From contig NC_135661.1 in NCBI RefSeq assembly GCF_964188315.1, positions 26,598,001 to 26,662,000 of the forward strand: a stretch of DNA of 64,000 bases, given 5' to 3'. The stretch is from Podarcis muralis (Eukaryota). Every line of letters begins with the position of its first letter. The stretch's first letter is position 1. The notes under the pieces are model-generated. The model was not told the DNA's origin, ran no database searches, and was given only the letters and a program-made list of their open reading frames with translations. Positions 46,650 through 60,195 of this stretch are shown here, one piece after another. A program made the translations under genes and the position numbers.

Positions 46650-46739
46650 CCCGAGTAGCCGTGATGTCACGGGGCGGTTTCTGGCATCTCTGATTTAGTT
46701 CTTGAACAGGAAAAGGCAAATTTCCAGAAGTCGTAATAC
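46650..46739 (-). CDS. CASP9: Caspase-9, exon 3 (symmetric linker exon)
   Basis: 90 bp, phase 1-1, ttgcag/gtaagg; ITTSGNLPFPVQELNQRCQKPPRDITATR. Confidence 0.7.
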
Positions 46740-47349
46740 CTGCAAGGATAGGGTCTGCTGTGTTTCTGCACAAGTTTCATGTGGTGCCAAGATTTGGGAT
46801 GTGCACGCATGCACTCCAAACAATTGCTCTGTCATTATGGGTTCGATGCATTTGGGATGCATTCACACTGCAACAATTGTAGGCCAACCACAGTACAATT
46901 AAACCTGACCATTAATGATGAAACTGGTATAAAGTTTCCTATGAGCAATGCAATACAAGAAGCCAAATTCTTCACTTGTAAACACTGCACAGATGCTGCA
47001 TAGCAGCAAAAATCATCTACAGCAGTGGGTGGGAAACCTGGTGCCCTGCAAACGTTGTTCAACTACAACTCCCATCTTCCATGACTGTTGACTGTGGTAG
47101 CTGGAGCTGATGGGAGCTGGAGTCACAGGTGAGCCACCCTTGCTTTAGAACAACCCCCGGGTCCCAGTACCATAGTGGAACTGAGCAAAAATTTGCTTAA
47201 TGGAAATAACAGGATGTTCTCCTCCTCTCTAGTCCCATCTTCATTCTCCTTCTAACATTTCCTTGCATCTGTTTTAAACTGCAACCTCCCTTGCATAGGA
47301 ACCTGTCAAGCCTGTTCTTCATAAACCATAATGATTTATGTTCTACCAC

Positions 47350-47657
47350 AGACCCCCCTGACCATTAGGTCCAGTCGTGGCCGACTCTGGGGTTGCGGCG
47401 CTCATCTCGCTTTATTGGCCAGCATGACTAAGCCGCTTCTGGCGAACCAGAGCAGCGCACAGAAACGCTGTTTACCTTCCCACCGGAGCGGTACCTATTT
47501 ATCTACTTGCACTTTGATGTGCTTTCGAACTGCTAGGTTGGCAGGAGCTGGGACAGAGCAACAGGAGCTCACCCCGTCACGGGGATTCGAACCGCCGACC
47601 TTCTGATCGGCAAGTCCTAGGCTCTGTGGTTTAACCCACAGCGCCACCTGCGTCCCT
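47350..47657 (-). mobile_element. Sauria-type SINE with an internal deletion
   Basis: Flanked by the repeat tttatgttctac. Confidence 0.85.
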
Positions 47658-48130
47658 TTTATGTTCTACAATAGCCTCCCTCTAATAGCTTCCCATCCAA
47701 GCCAAATAAGAGGGATGTATCAGCATGCTCAAAATAATCTCAGTTTGTAGAAGTTAAAAAAATATATACTGAAATATAACAACAAAAACATGCAAGCAAG
47801 ATGCCAGCCATGCCCTTTCCCAAAAAACTCCATTCCATTTACCCTGCCTCTCCTGGTTGCCTGCCCCCATGCTATATCTGCATTGACTGTTTTAAGTGTG
47901 TGAAGAATACAAGAAAAGGAGGGTATATGGCATGGAGTGTCTTGGGAAAAGGTATGTTAGCTTGAACAGGAATGCTCTACACTGCAACACTGGGTTGCAG
48001 TATTAACAACAAATCGCCTCTATTTGTTTTTCACCCTGATTTCTATAGATATAGTTTCAGGACCATGGAGGCATGCTAAAATGAGGTTATAAAATCCCCA
48101 ACTGAAACAAGATCAGAGAAGAAATCATAC

Positions 48131-48344
48131 GTGGATCCCTTGGTTCAGAACGTGTACGGATTTCAACTGGCTTTAGATCAGCTGGGTGCAACTGTGGCTG
48201 GTCACCTCCTGCGCTCAGCAAAGCGGCCAGGTCATTCTGTCCAGTTTCTTGGAGACACCAGATGAAAGCAGGCAATGCTCGCTTCCCACGAGTCTGCAGA
48301 TCAATAACCAGCTGTCTGGCCTGGTCTCGGCGTGTACCTGCTTT
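48131..48344 (-). CDS. CASP9: Caspase-9, exon 2 (CARD)
   Basis: 214 bp; KAGTRRDQARQLVIDLQTRGKRALPAFIWCLQETGQNDLAALL... Confidence 0.93.
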
Positions 48345-48469
48345 CTGAAGACAAATGAAGGTTATTCCTCCGGGAATTTGTAAACAAAAAACTTCACAAA
48401 CAGTGCATGCATAGTGGAGGAGAAGAAAACAGAGGACAGAGGGCTAGGCAGCAATATTGAAATCTAGAG

Positions 48470-48845
48470 CAGCCTTGCAGACAGCAGCCAGTCAGCAAGC
48501 CAGGCCTTTGTTGGGCCCGGTGTTGTTCAATAACTTTATATATGATTTGGATGAAGGAATTGAGGGACGGCTCATCAAATTTGAAGACGACACCAAACTG
48601 GGAGGGGTAGATAGTCCCGCAGAAGGTAGAATCAGGATTCAGTATGACCTTAGCAGATTAGAGAACTGAGCCAAATCTAACACAACAAATTGCAATAGGG
48701 ACAAGTGTACGGTTCTACAATTAGGCAGGAATAATCAAATGCACAAATGTAAGATGGGGGGACACCTGGCCTGACATATGAAATGGATTGAGAGATCTTA
48801 GTAGACCACAAGCTCGACATGAATCAACAGTGTGATGCAGCAGCA
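48470..48845 (+). mobile_element. CR1 RT fragment
   Basis: [32 protein letters not shown]. Confidence 0.8.
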
Positions 48846-49399
48846 CCTTCACCCAACCCCCACCCCATCTTGCCGGACTACATATCCCATTATCCCTGAA
48901 GTCCGAGTCCAACAACACTTGGAGAGCCACAACTTCCTCATCCCTGGCTTAAGTCACACTTTCAAAATGATGTCCATTTTCTGGGTGATAGTCTCAGTAA
49001 TGTTCTCTCAGTTCTGCTGAAAGCAGAGTTATGTTTTCAAAATTTTAAATTCTGGACTATTTGTAACTTCTGCATTTTTTACTGAATGCCATTCTGGTCA
49101 GGCGCTGCCCCAGAAAAGCAGCCTAAAATATTTAAGGCACCCCTGAAACTTCTCCCAGCGGCACAGTCCTATCTGTGTTTACTCAGAAGTAAATACTGTA
49201 ACAATGGGTGGCGCTCACCACCAGATAAATGAAAGCAGTCCAAGAACCAAAATAGGCACAAGGCAGAGTTAAACAGGGCTTACTCTCCTGTAAATGCACA
49301 TACAGGATCACAGCCTCAAATACTCCCAAGCACTTGAGGTCGGATCAGCCTTTTAGGAAGTGAAACTTGGGGAAGGCTGGAAGGGATCCCTTGAGAACA

Positions 49400-50450
49400 A
49401 AGGGGCCGCTTGTGCGGGGGAAGGGAGGAAAAGGCACACCTGGATCTCCTCGATCATATCCGGGGTGAAGATCTCTTGGTGCAGCAGCAGATCCCAGAGG
49501 GGTTCCACTTTCAACTCCTTCACTAGGCGCAGCCGAGCCCGCCGCAGCGACTGCCTATGATCCTCCTCCATGGCACCTGCGGCGCCGCTTCTTCCGGGAA
49601 GGGAGATCCTCCCTTCGACACGTCAGGGGACTCCGCCCCCTCTGACGTTTCAATCCATATAAGGACACCAGAGGGTGGCTTGCTATTGCTTGCTCGGAAT
49701 CCTGGGCGACGCCCCTTTAACCCCCTCACTCCCGGAGCCTTAACAAGCTGGGGGTGGGGCAGCGGCGGCTTGCTGCGCATGCGCAAGAGTTCCCACGCCA
49801 GGTCCCGAGCGTTCAACCTCTTTTCCCACCATGCACCGCGGCGGCACTACTAGCGCCCCACCTCCCGTCCTTTACCTCCTTCTCTCCCGGCCGTCTGTCA
49901 AGGGAGGCGGGCCTTCGCCGCGCCGGAAGTGAGGGCTCGCTGCGCCATCTCTATGGTAACGGCGGCCAGAGGCGGGGCCGCCGAGCCGGAAGTTGGGACC
50001 GGGGAGACAGGAGCCTAGGGTGGGTATTTGCGAGCGCCCTTCCTGCCCACTCCGCCCCACAGAGGTGCCCCCTTCTCTCCTCCCACCCGGCGGCGGCTGT
50101 CCTAAGTAGCCACGTGACTTGGGGGGGTTGAGAGGGAGGGATGACTCTCTAGCCCTCCCAGGCCCTTCTCTCTGGTATGGAGGACTAAAGGTGTGGGGAT
50201 AATGGGGGGGGGGCAGACGAAACCGTGGGGAGGGTCCTATCTGGCGGGGGGGCAGAGTTGAGTGTAGTGGCGGGGGACTGCGGGAAGCGCATAATGGGGG
50301 GCAGGAGAGAAGGCGCTTAGCCCTGGTGCGATATTGCGTGGTGACAGTTGCTGGGCGGGGGGGGGGACCCTCTTGGAGGGCAGAGGCATGTGGAGGGGGG
50401 GACATACCTGTCTTGCATATGTCCTTTTCGAAACCGCCTCCTGTTGAATT
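49400..50450. promoter_or_regulatory. CpG island / bidirectional CASP9-DNAJC16 promoter
   Basis: High CpG density; NRF1 palindrome TGCGCATGCGCA at 49774-49785; ETS CCGGAAGT at 49923 and 49986; GC boxes; CACGTG at 50111. Confidence 0.85.
49440..49571 (-). CDS. CASP9: Caspase-9, exon 1 (CARD)
   Basis: 132 bp; [44 protein letters not shown]. Confidence 0.95.
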
Positions 50451-50496
50451 CCCGTCCAGGCTTTTCTCGGAGGAGCTTAAGCTAAGGTGGCATTCA

Positions 50497-50735
50497 TGGT
50501 TGTAGTGGTTAAGAGCTGTAGACTTGTAATCTGGTGAACAGGGTTCGCGTCTCCGCACCTCCACATGCAGCTGCTGGGTGACCTTGGGCTAGTCACACTT
50601 CTCTGAAGTCTCTCAGCCCCACTCACCTCACAGAGTGTTTGTTGTGGGGGAGGAAGGGAAAGGAGAATGTTAGCCGCTTTGAGACTCCTTCGAGCAGTGA
50701 TAAAGCGGGATATCAAATCCAAACTCTTCTTCTTC
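50497..50735 (+). mobile_element. tRNA-derived SINE (family of the 9012 copy)
   Basis: tggttgtagtggttaagagc...gggttcgcgtctccg...(ttc)n. Confidence 0.85.
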
Positions 50736-53700
50736 TCCCTTTTTTCATTCACACAACAACCCTGCGAGGTAGGCTAGGCTAAGAGACAGTGGCAGGCCCA
50801 ATATCACTCAGCGGGCTTCGTGACTTGAGTGGGGATTTGGGCCTGGGTTGTCCCAGGTCTCTCCCCAAACCCTCTTTAACCGTTCAAGTGTGATGGGGGG
50901 TGTATCTGCCTTATGTGTGGAGTGGGGGTGGGGGCTTGCTGTGTTTAGATACTTGGTGAGGACTGTCCCACCATCATCGTCAACGGAAACCTCCGCTCTC
51001 ACCCTAATTTTATTATTTCTGTTGATGTACTTTGGGGAGGCTAACAGCCTAGTTGACGAAGCGCGCGCACACTTATAAAACCCAATACAAATGTTTTATG
51101 CAATTATTTCAGAGCTGTGAGTTATAGCCATGGAATACAATATGCTGTTATGAAGTGGGCGAAAATACAAATGGTCATGGGTAGCAGGAGTTCTGCAAGT
51201 CGGGATTCTCATTGAGGGCAAACAAAAGGGGATGGGACTCTCTCTTCCGTATCCTGTTTGTGTGTGGGAAGCTGTCTTGTTCCCAGTCTGCATTGGTTTA
51301 TGCAACTCAAGTCTTGCCTACCCCAGTGTTTTTCAGCCTTAGGTTGCCAGATGTTGTTGGACTGCATCATCCCTGACCGTTGGCTAAGCTGGCATAGGAT
51401 AATGGGAGTTGTAGTCCAACCTAGCCTAGCCTGGTGAATAAACCTGGATCTTTCTCCACACAAAACATGTGCAACAGATGCTCCTAACACATGTAAGAAG
51501 TTCCCTTTCACTGTACCAGATCACTGGGACACCTCACTCAGTGTTGGCTACATGCTGATGGGGAGCTGCTTTGCAAAGTTTCAGACAGGGGTCTTCCCCA
51601 TGCTCCCATCACACTCTCTCACACACATCCCTATTGATTGAACCTGGGATCTTTTGCATGCAAAGATGATTCTCCTGAGCTACAGCTCTTATGTATTTTG
51701 TTATTAACCATGATCAGGAGGGGACCTCATCTGAGTATTAGATGCTGTTAGTGACAGCAACAAGGGAAGGGTCCGCTTGTGAGCTTTCCAGAGGTAACTG
51801 GCTGGCCTGGAAATGGAAGCTTGGATGAGTATCTACCACGATAGTTTAATGGAATGGAGCAGGGATGCTTCTTAGGACTGGGTGCTGAGGGCTGTTTGCA
51901 CAAGAAAACAGTTGCTTTCATGGAATTTTTTGTGAGACTTGCAGAACCTGCTGGAAGTCAGAATGCAGGATTACATTGGTTTCTGCATGAAAAGAATGTT
52001 CTACTGATACTCGTACTGTTTTCTGTTTCCAGTGTATTCTGTAGCATAAAGTACCAAAACTATATCCAGACTTTTGAAACCTGTTTTGGTGGTATGGATG
52101 TTCCAAGAAAAAAAAGCCTGGAGATCTTTCCTATCTAGATTAGAGTATTTTCTGATGCCCTACAGAGTAATCTAGTTTAGCATGTTTATTTTTAGGGATT
52201 TTTTTTTGGGTGGAAAAATGAAGGCCAGTGTTTATTGCTGGCATCTCAAAATGTGAAAACCCCTGCCCCAATTTGAAAAGATTATTTTCTCATACATCTA
52301 TATATTTGAGTAGGAATAATAACTTCAATGCAGTTTCTCATATTTGATGACTAGTCCATAAAATTTTATGCTGTATAAAATTTGTTAGTGTATGCCACAA
52401 GAGTCTTTGCTATTTTTGCTTCAACATAGCTGCCACTCTATAAATCTCTTCTATGTTACACTAGCCAAACATTATTCTTCTGTGGGTTTGGGATGAATGT
52501 TTTGCCATTTTGTCTCCTGCCTGTAGTGCCTGGCTTTATGTATATTTGGGGAGTGAAATCTGTTTTAGGATCATTCTTAGAGGCAAGTCTCATTGAGTTC
52601 AGTAGGAATCATCTGGGGATTGACACTTTAGCCTTCAGGTGAAATGAGTTTTTTTCAGTGTTGTCATTTTCCTATAAAGTTTTGAACTGAAATATTTTCC
52701 AGTGTCCTGAATTAATTAGGATAAGATTTGGCATATTTTACTTACCATACATTAAGTAAACAAAAATAATACACATGCCATATTCATTTTTCACACCATT
52801 TAAGTATTTCAAAAGTTTTTTCAATGCCTCAAACCAGCTGTCCCCAAATATTTGCGTTTTCTTGGTGGGGAGGAGAAATCAGCAAAGCACATTTTTAATG
52901 TGGTTTTATATGTTCAAACAAATTCAGAGCTTGGGTTGGATATTATTATTAGTGGACTGTCACCGTTTTAAGGCATGGCAACTCCTAACTTCCTTTACAT
53001 TAGTTACATTTTAAGGAGTCATTGGAAATGGTTAATGCATTCCTTTTAGCAAAAGAGGTGAGAGGCTATTTATGTATGTTTCTTAGGAATAGTCACCTGA
53101 AAAATGTTAATTACAACTTTTGAAAGTGCCTGGTTTGATTGGTGTTGGCTGAGTTCACAAGCAGCCTTAAAATTATGGCTTACCAATCATGGATCTATTC
53201 AGCCTAAATAAATCACAACCCTAGCTTTAGGTATAATGCAAAGCTACTCTTTTCTTGGTTTATTGATCTGCTCGTGCCAAGGGAGAAGCAAAGGGGAAGC
53301 AGTTGGGCTGAGTGTGCTGGCACATTCAGCTAAAAATCTTGGCTTACTGTTATGTGCAAATGCAGTTATTGTGTCCATTCATGTATCATTCATTATAACT
53401 GGTTTGATGAGGATGCATTCCCAGAAATGGAAGTTCATCCATAGTGAAATAAAATGGTGGAAAATATTCTGATTTCTGATGCCACCAATTGCTCTCCTTA
53501 GTTACTGTTAGGTATTCACCCCCTTCCCCCTCAGTTTCCTTGACTGAGGACCATTTAAGCTCCATCCAGGTGTCTGCTTGGCAGTCCAGTCTTGCAGCTC
53601 ACATGTAGCTTTGGGAAAGGGATGGCCCCTGTGCTCAAAGTGAGAGAAGAAAGGGATTTGGGTGGTTAGGTTAGCCCAGACTCAGGTAGGCCCCCTTGAA

Positions 53701-54484
53701 AAGAAGCAGGATGGTAATCATCATCATCACCATAATCATAATAAATTATTTATACCCTGGCCAGGACCGGGCTCGGGGCGGCTAACATCAAAATATAAAA
53801 TACGTTAAAAACATAAAGTCAACCAAGCAATTAAAATACAGGTTAAAATCAGATTAAGATCAAAATAAAATCTGATGGCAACCCACGAATTATAACTATA
53901 GGGGTTGGGGACATTAAGTGCTCACCAGGCCCAACTGTTTGTGCTGGACTTATATGGGCCGGAGGAGTTAGGGAGGCCACTTACATGCAGGGTCTTATAA
54001 AAGGATCTTATGAAAGGTAGAACTTATAAAAGGAGGGGGGTCAGTCTGGGCCCTGAACAGCTCCGTCTTGCAGGCCCTGCGGAAAGATGTCAAATCCCGC
54101 AGGGCCCTGATCTCTTGCAGCAGTGTGTTCCACCAGGCTGGGGCCAGGGCCTGGTACCCAGCCTCACCCCACTTCAGTGGCTGGGATGGCCTCAGTCCCT
54201 CCAAATCTATCTGCGTGGAGGGTCAAAATGAGTTTTAAAAGAGGAAGTGGCAGTGTTGTCATCAGAGTTCTCTGAAAGGCTGTGGGAATTGTAGGAGACT
54301 AGAATGGAATCAAAGTTTCAGGGCCGCAATGGAGGTGAAAGGGAAGGTGGTGGCCATTGCCGAAAGAAGCAGCCGGGCCTAAGACTTGGGACCTTAAAAC
54401 ACCTGTATTGCAATTTTCTAATGTCTCATCCTAGATTTTCTCCTTTTGAAATTTCTCCTGTACAGGTTACCTGCAGGGGGGAAA

Positions 54485-54651
54485 ATGGAAATGAAACGGC
54501 TAAGCGTCTCCCTGGTTGTGGTTTTGTTCCTTGTCCTGGTCCTGCAGATCTTGTCTGCTGTCGATTTTGATCCATATCGGATCCTTGGAATCAGCAGGAC
54601 AGCTAGTCAGGCGGACATTAAAAAGGCCTATAAGAAGCTTGCCCGGGAATG
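54485..54651 (+). CDS. DNAJC16: DNAJC16, first coding exon
   Basis: 167 bp; MEMKRLSVSLVVVLFLVLVLQILSAVDFDPYRILGISRTASQADIKKAYKKLAREW; acceptor at 54466. Confidence 0.95.
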
Positions 54652-55188
54652 GTGAGTGATTCATGAAATGCAGCTGGAATCACAGTGTATCATGCTTAGC
54701 TGCTGTGCTGAAAAACTGCCTGCCTCCTCCTTAAAGGCTTGCCAGCCTTTCTTATCATGTAGTGCACAGCTGTAGACAGCATGAAAAACGAGTGTTAGTT
54801 GGGGTAAAGAACCTAGCCAGAGCCCAGAGGTCCATAGATGTTGACTTACTAGCGAGCCATTATTTTGGGTTGCTGCCAGTCCTCCACCTTCTGGCATGCA
54901 CAGAGGGCTTGGGAGAACATCAGAGTTATCCCTCATTTGTGCAGAGTATGGAGGAGTTAAGAAACAGTAGGAGTCCTGCTGTTTCTTCCCTGCTGAAGAG
55001 CTTCAGCTGAAATTAGACCTTCTGGGTGTCCTGCTTGCCAGATAGCTGGATGCACTTGCTCCTGTTGAGCTGCTATATTTGTGGTTGCCTGCACAAGCCC
55101 TAAGGACAGAAGGGGCTCTGTGCTGTTGGTAAAAAGGGAGCCAGCAAAACAAGGTGCCTCAAGGAGGAATACTAGGGAAAGTACTAGG

Positions 55189-55545
55189 GACGCGGGTGGC
55201 GCTGTGGTCTGAACACTAAGCCTCTTGGGCTTGCTGATAGGAAGGTTCACGTGCTGGGGTGAGCTCCTGCTGCTCTGTCCCAACTTCTGCCAACCTAGCC
55301 ATTCAAAAACATACCAGTGCAAGTAGATAAATAGGTAACGCTGTGGCGGGAAGGTAAACGGCATTTCCGTGCGCTCTGGCACTCATCCCATTGTGCTAGA
55401 AGTGGTTTAGTCATGTTGGCCACATGACCTGGAAAAGCTGTCTGTGGACAAACACCAGCATCCTCGGCCTGAAGCGAGATGAGCATCGCACCTCATAGTT
55501 GCCTTTGACTGGACTTAATTGTCCAGGGGTCCTTTAACTTTACCT
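55189..55545 (+). mobile_element. Sauria-type SINE
   Basis: Head and tail as in the other copies; flanked by actagg(g/a)aaagta. Confidence 0.82.
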
Positions 55546-55835
55546 ACCTTACTAGGAAAAGTATGTGCTGGTGGGCAAAGACAGGGAGACCCAGGTAGCA
55601 GAGTCTGTTGACTCTGTCTTTGCATATGAAAGGTTTGTGCCTTAATTAGTGCCAATTCTCTCTTCGCATCAGGAATCGACCCCCTGTAGTAAATCTGTTC
55701 AAACATCAAACAGATTAAGCTTTAGTGACATATTCTTTAATTAGTGTCAGTTCTGCCTGCACAGTGCCAGGGTTGAACTAAACCCAACAGCCTTGTGATC
55801 AAACTGCTCATGGTCTTGTTTTCTTTCCATTCCAG

Positions 55836-55902
55836 GCATCCTGACAAAAATAAGGACCCAGGAGCAGAAGATAAATTCATACAAATTAGCAAGGCTTATG
55901 AG
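55836..55902 (+). CDS. DNAJC16: DNAJC16 exon (HPD motif)
   Basis: 67 bp; HPDKNKDPGAEDKFIQISKAYE. Confidence 0.95.
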
Positions 55903-57663
55903 GTATCGGGCACACTTTTCTAACTTTGTATTTTCATATTTGAGTATTTAAGGCTTCTGTTTTAAATGCAGCCTTTACTGTAAGGATGGGCAGTCCTGCC
56001 TCTTCCCTTCCCTGGTTCTGGTGTTCTAATTTAATACCTGCTACAGTTTTACCCTGGCACGCCACACATGTAAATCCATAAATGTTACCGTGACCAAAAT
56101 GATCACACTTGAGAATAAAATCTTACCGAGTTTCAATCAATCGTTTTATTTTTTTACATAATTACAAAAGATACATAATTAGCAAAAGTAGTCATACACA
56201 TTAAATAAAACACCAAAAAGTACACATTGAGCAATTTTCACTTAAATCTTAAAAAGATAGAAAGTAAAGATATAAAAATTTAATATTAGTAACAGCAGCA
56301 ACCCCCGCCTCCAACAAAACTCCCTAAACAATACCCCAGCCCAAGAGTCTGTTCAGCAGCCTCAGCTTTCGTAGCTGGAGTCAGTCAGGGCCCCGCCCTC
56401 CCAGGCCAGGTGGGAAAAAGCCTGCAGGGCAGGGAGCAGGTCTTCCAGGACTCACAGGCAAGGTGGTTTAACAGGACTTGCTTCTTAGTTAACTGGGTAT
56501 AATCATGGTCTAAGGGGCAAATTAGATGACTTAACAAGAGATAAGAACAAGGGAAGATAGCTACCATGGCAATATCCATTGATAGTCCCATCTTCCTCGG
56601 TTTTGTCTTGCCTAGGGGTAGCCAACATGGTGCCCTCCATATGTTGGACTACACCTGCCAACATCCCTGGCTGGGGTTGATGGGAATCGAACTTCAACAA
56701 CTGAACATTGGCTAACTATAGTCTAATCCCCTTTTAAAGCCATCATCTTGTGGCAATGAGTTCCATGAGTTAGTTACATCTTGTGTGAAGAACTGCTTTC
56801 TCTTGTCTGGCTTGAATCAGCTGGCAATCAATTTTTTGGGTGATACTTAAGTTTTAGTATTATGAGGGGGTATTCTAGCCCAGCTTTCCCAACCTTGGTG
56901 CTTTCCGGATGTTTTGCACTACAACTTCCATAATCCTGACCAGTGGCCATGCTAGCTGGGGCTGATTGGAGTTGTAGTCCAAAATATCAGGACAGCACCA
57001 TTTAGATAATGGGCCTGTTTTAGTGGTGGTGGAATTTAGCCATCTGGATAAAGTTCACCACCACCAAAACAGATGTAGTTTTGCAGACTGAAAAAAACCA
57101 AAAAAAAACCATGAAACTAGGATTAATATGGAAATATAGTAGCTAGGATTAATATGGAGATCCTGGCATGGAATTTTCATCTTGTAATGTCTTTTGAAAA
57201 GTAGCGTTTAAAATGTTATTATCACAGCAATGATATTCTTCCAAGGAACTCAAGTTGGCATACATGGTTTTCCCTCATCCCATGTTATCCTCACAACAAC
57301 CCCGTGAGGTAGGTAGGTTAGGTAGGTGAGTGACTGGCCCACGGTCACCCAGTGAGCTTCATAGCCAAGTGTGGATTTGAACCCTGGTCTCTCTTAGGTC
57401 CTAGTCCAAACACTAACCACTATACCCCACTACCTGTTCTATTTACATAAGGCCATCCAAATACATTGGGTTGGATCCAGGCTGATTTGGTTGAATTTAG
57501 ACCCTGTCGAAATAGGCAGGGTGCAGTCATGACTTGTTGCAGAGGTTTCATTGGGGCGCTTATTCAACTAACTTAACCTGGACCCAGCCCATCGCTCCTT
57601 AGTGTTTCACAAAGCATAAACCGGTAACATACACTTAAGAGTGTTGGTGTTTGTCTCAAACAG

Positions 57664-58003
57664 ATCCTGTCCAATGAGGAAAAGAGATTAAATTTTGACC
57701 GCTATGGCGATGTGGGGGAGAACCAGGGCTACCCCCATCAGCAACAGTCCCAGAACCGCCCGTTCCACCACTTCCACGAGAGCTTTTATTTCGACGAATC
57801 CTTTTTCCACTTCCCGTTCAACTCGGACCGCCGCGACTCCTCCGACGAGAAGTACTTGCTGCACTTCTCACACTACATCAACGAGATTCTGCCCGACAGT
57901 TTCAGAAAACCCTACCTCATCAAGATCACGTCGGACTGGTGCTTTAGCTGCATCCACATTGAGCCCGTGTGGAAGGAGGTGGTCCAGGAACTTGAAGGGC
58001 TGG
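57664..58003 (+). CDS. DNAJC16: DNAJC16 exon (thioredoxin WCFSC)
   Basis: 340 bp; ILSNEEKRLNFDRYG...ITSDWCFSCIHIEPVWKEVVQELEGL. Confidence 0.95.
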
Positions 58004-60010
58004 GTAAGAAGAGAAACGTGTTTGGATTTGCATCACCTGCATCCAAAGGGTTTGGGGCAGAAAACTGCATGATTCTACCCTCTCCCTGGCCAGTTTGAAG
58101 CCAGTTTGCTCACTAGAAGATGTAGGGTTTAGCTAATCTCCAAAGGGCAAGCCCCCCTCACCCTCTTGAGACACATAAACCACGTTTACACCATACATTT
58201 AAAGCACTATGATGCTCATTTAAACAGCCACCCCCCAAAAAATCCTGGGAGCTCTAATTTGTTAACGATGCTGAGAGTTGTTAGGAGGCCCCTATTCTGC
58301 TCTTGAGAGATACCATTCCTAAAATTCCCTGAAATCAATGGACCTGATTTTGTCATGTCCATGAATTTCAGTGGGTCTTTCTACTGGATTCAACCCAGGG
58401 TTCTTGGTTTACTTGTAAGGTTGTGGTGGAACAGAGGTGGCCTCATAGGGTGCTGAGCCAGGCAATTGAGGGCTTTGCAGGACATCACCATCCATTTGTA
58501 TTTGGCCTGAGTTTTTCTTTCAGAGTCTGGCTGCATCTTCCCTAGGCTGCAGCTGCAGTAATTCAAAAGCAGTGTGCTCTGAGAGGGCCACTCCAATGTG
58601 CCTTGTGAAATAAATGAATTGAGCTACAAAAGGCTATTGTGGAGCTAGTGTGCTCATTCACGGAAGAGGTTTCCTGCTGCATGGCTGCATGACTCCCTGT
58701 TCTGGCCTTGCCTGCTTCCAGTCATCCTGTACTGAGGATTGTTAGTCCCCCCCCCCCTCTCTGCATTGGTGGTGACTGGATCGTTCCATCACTCCCAATT
58801 CATTGACAAAACAAAACAAATCCTGCCCAGAGAAGAGGCTTTATGAAACATCAGTACTCTGGGGCATGCATCTAACTTCCTTGCATTACATATTCCATTA
58901 ATATAAACAGTGTGGGTTGTATTTGGCTAAGTCCTACTCAGATTAGACCTGCTGAAATTAATAAAACCTAACTTGGTCACGTCCATTTCATATCACCTGC
59001 ACAACTGACTTCCTTCTTCACTTGTTTCTGGAATTCTTACTGTAAAAACAAAACTTTTCAGGGCAAAAGTGTGCCTTGGCTCGTGGAAGATTGAGTAAAT
59101 GCTGCCCTGGTTGCTGCATCAAGCCTCTGCATCAAGTCCAGTTCTGTTGGAGCCTGAGGCTTGCCAAGGAAGGAGGGAGTGCCTAGTCACTGGTCCTAGC
59201 TAAGCAGAGAGTATGCAGGACCTTGGACAGCTCCAGGGAGCCCAGCTATGGTAGCTATGGTGTTAGAGCAGCGTTTCCCAAAGTGACATCAATTTTTGTT
59301 CTTTTTGAATAAGTCCTTTTGGAACCCATTTGGGCCATAAGCCACCATTTCTTCTCCTTTGTGGTCTCCTCTTCATATTCTTACATTTGAACAGGAATAC
59401 CTACCTGTTTTGAACCTGTATAATGTGGTTAGCGGGAGCCTCTTTGAAGGTGCGCTTCCAGCACCAGTCAGCAGGTTGGCACAGAAAGCGCATCTTCAGA
59501 GGAGGTTGATTTGACTGCCAGCCACCTTGCCTACCAGACCTCCTTTGAACTTTGACACGTGTCAATCACCTGCTGTCATCAGGTGACTGATAGGTGGGTG
59601 GGCCTTCCTACCTGTCAAATGGCCCACAGAGGGACTTGGACCCAGTCCCCCACCTCTGCTTTCACACAGAGCTCAGTCTTATTCATAGGAAGCTGCCTTC
59701 CATTGAGATTGGCTATTGCTTCATCTAGTTTGGTACGTTGACTGGCAGCAGTTCAGCAGAGTTGGAAATGTTAGGAACTGGACCTTTTTATGCAGTACTT
59801 ATGCTCTACCACTGATCTACAACCCTTCCGTTTCTGTTTCTGCTGCTGCAGAGAATGCACTAGCAGTTAATCCCCGTCCCTTGAGGCTCCTAGATGCTAC
59901 AGTAAACATGTGATCACAGACTTCCGATGTTTTAGATTCCCTGAAGTTGTTAGAGACCATAGCAGAGAAGATTAATTCTTCTTTATGGTATCCTTCCTTC
60001 CCTCATTCAG

Positions 60011-60195
60011 GAGTGGGGATTGGCGTTGTTCATGCTGGCTATGAGAGGCGCTTGGCACATCACCTAGGAGCACACAGTACACCATCCATCCTGGGACTTA
60101 TCAATGGGAAAATTACCTTTTTCCACAATGCAGTTGTTCGGGAGAATCTGCGGCAGTTTGTGGAAAGCCTACTTCCGGGTAACCTTGTTGAGAAG
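60011..60195 (+). CDS. DNAJC16: DNAJC16 exon
   Basis: 185 bp; GVGIGVVHAGYERRLAHHLGAHSTPS...LVEK. Confidence 0.95.

Noticed and set aside
49754-50564. 125-aa and 230-aa ORFs at the CpG island
   Set aside because: Low stop density from high GC plus a SINE; no recognisable domain
57695-58098. Track ORFs of 125 and 128 aa
   Set aside because: One is an off-frame and the other an internal part of the DNAJC16 exon at 57664-58003 running on into the intron
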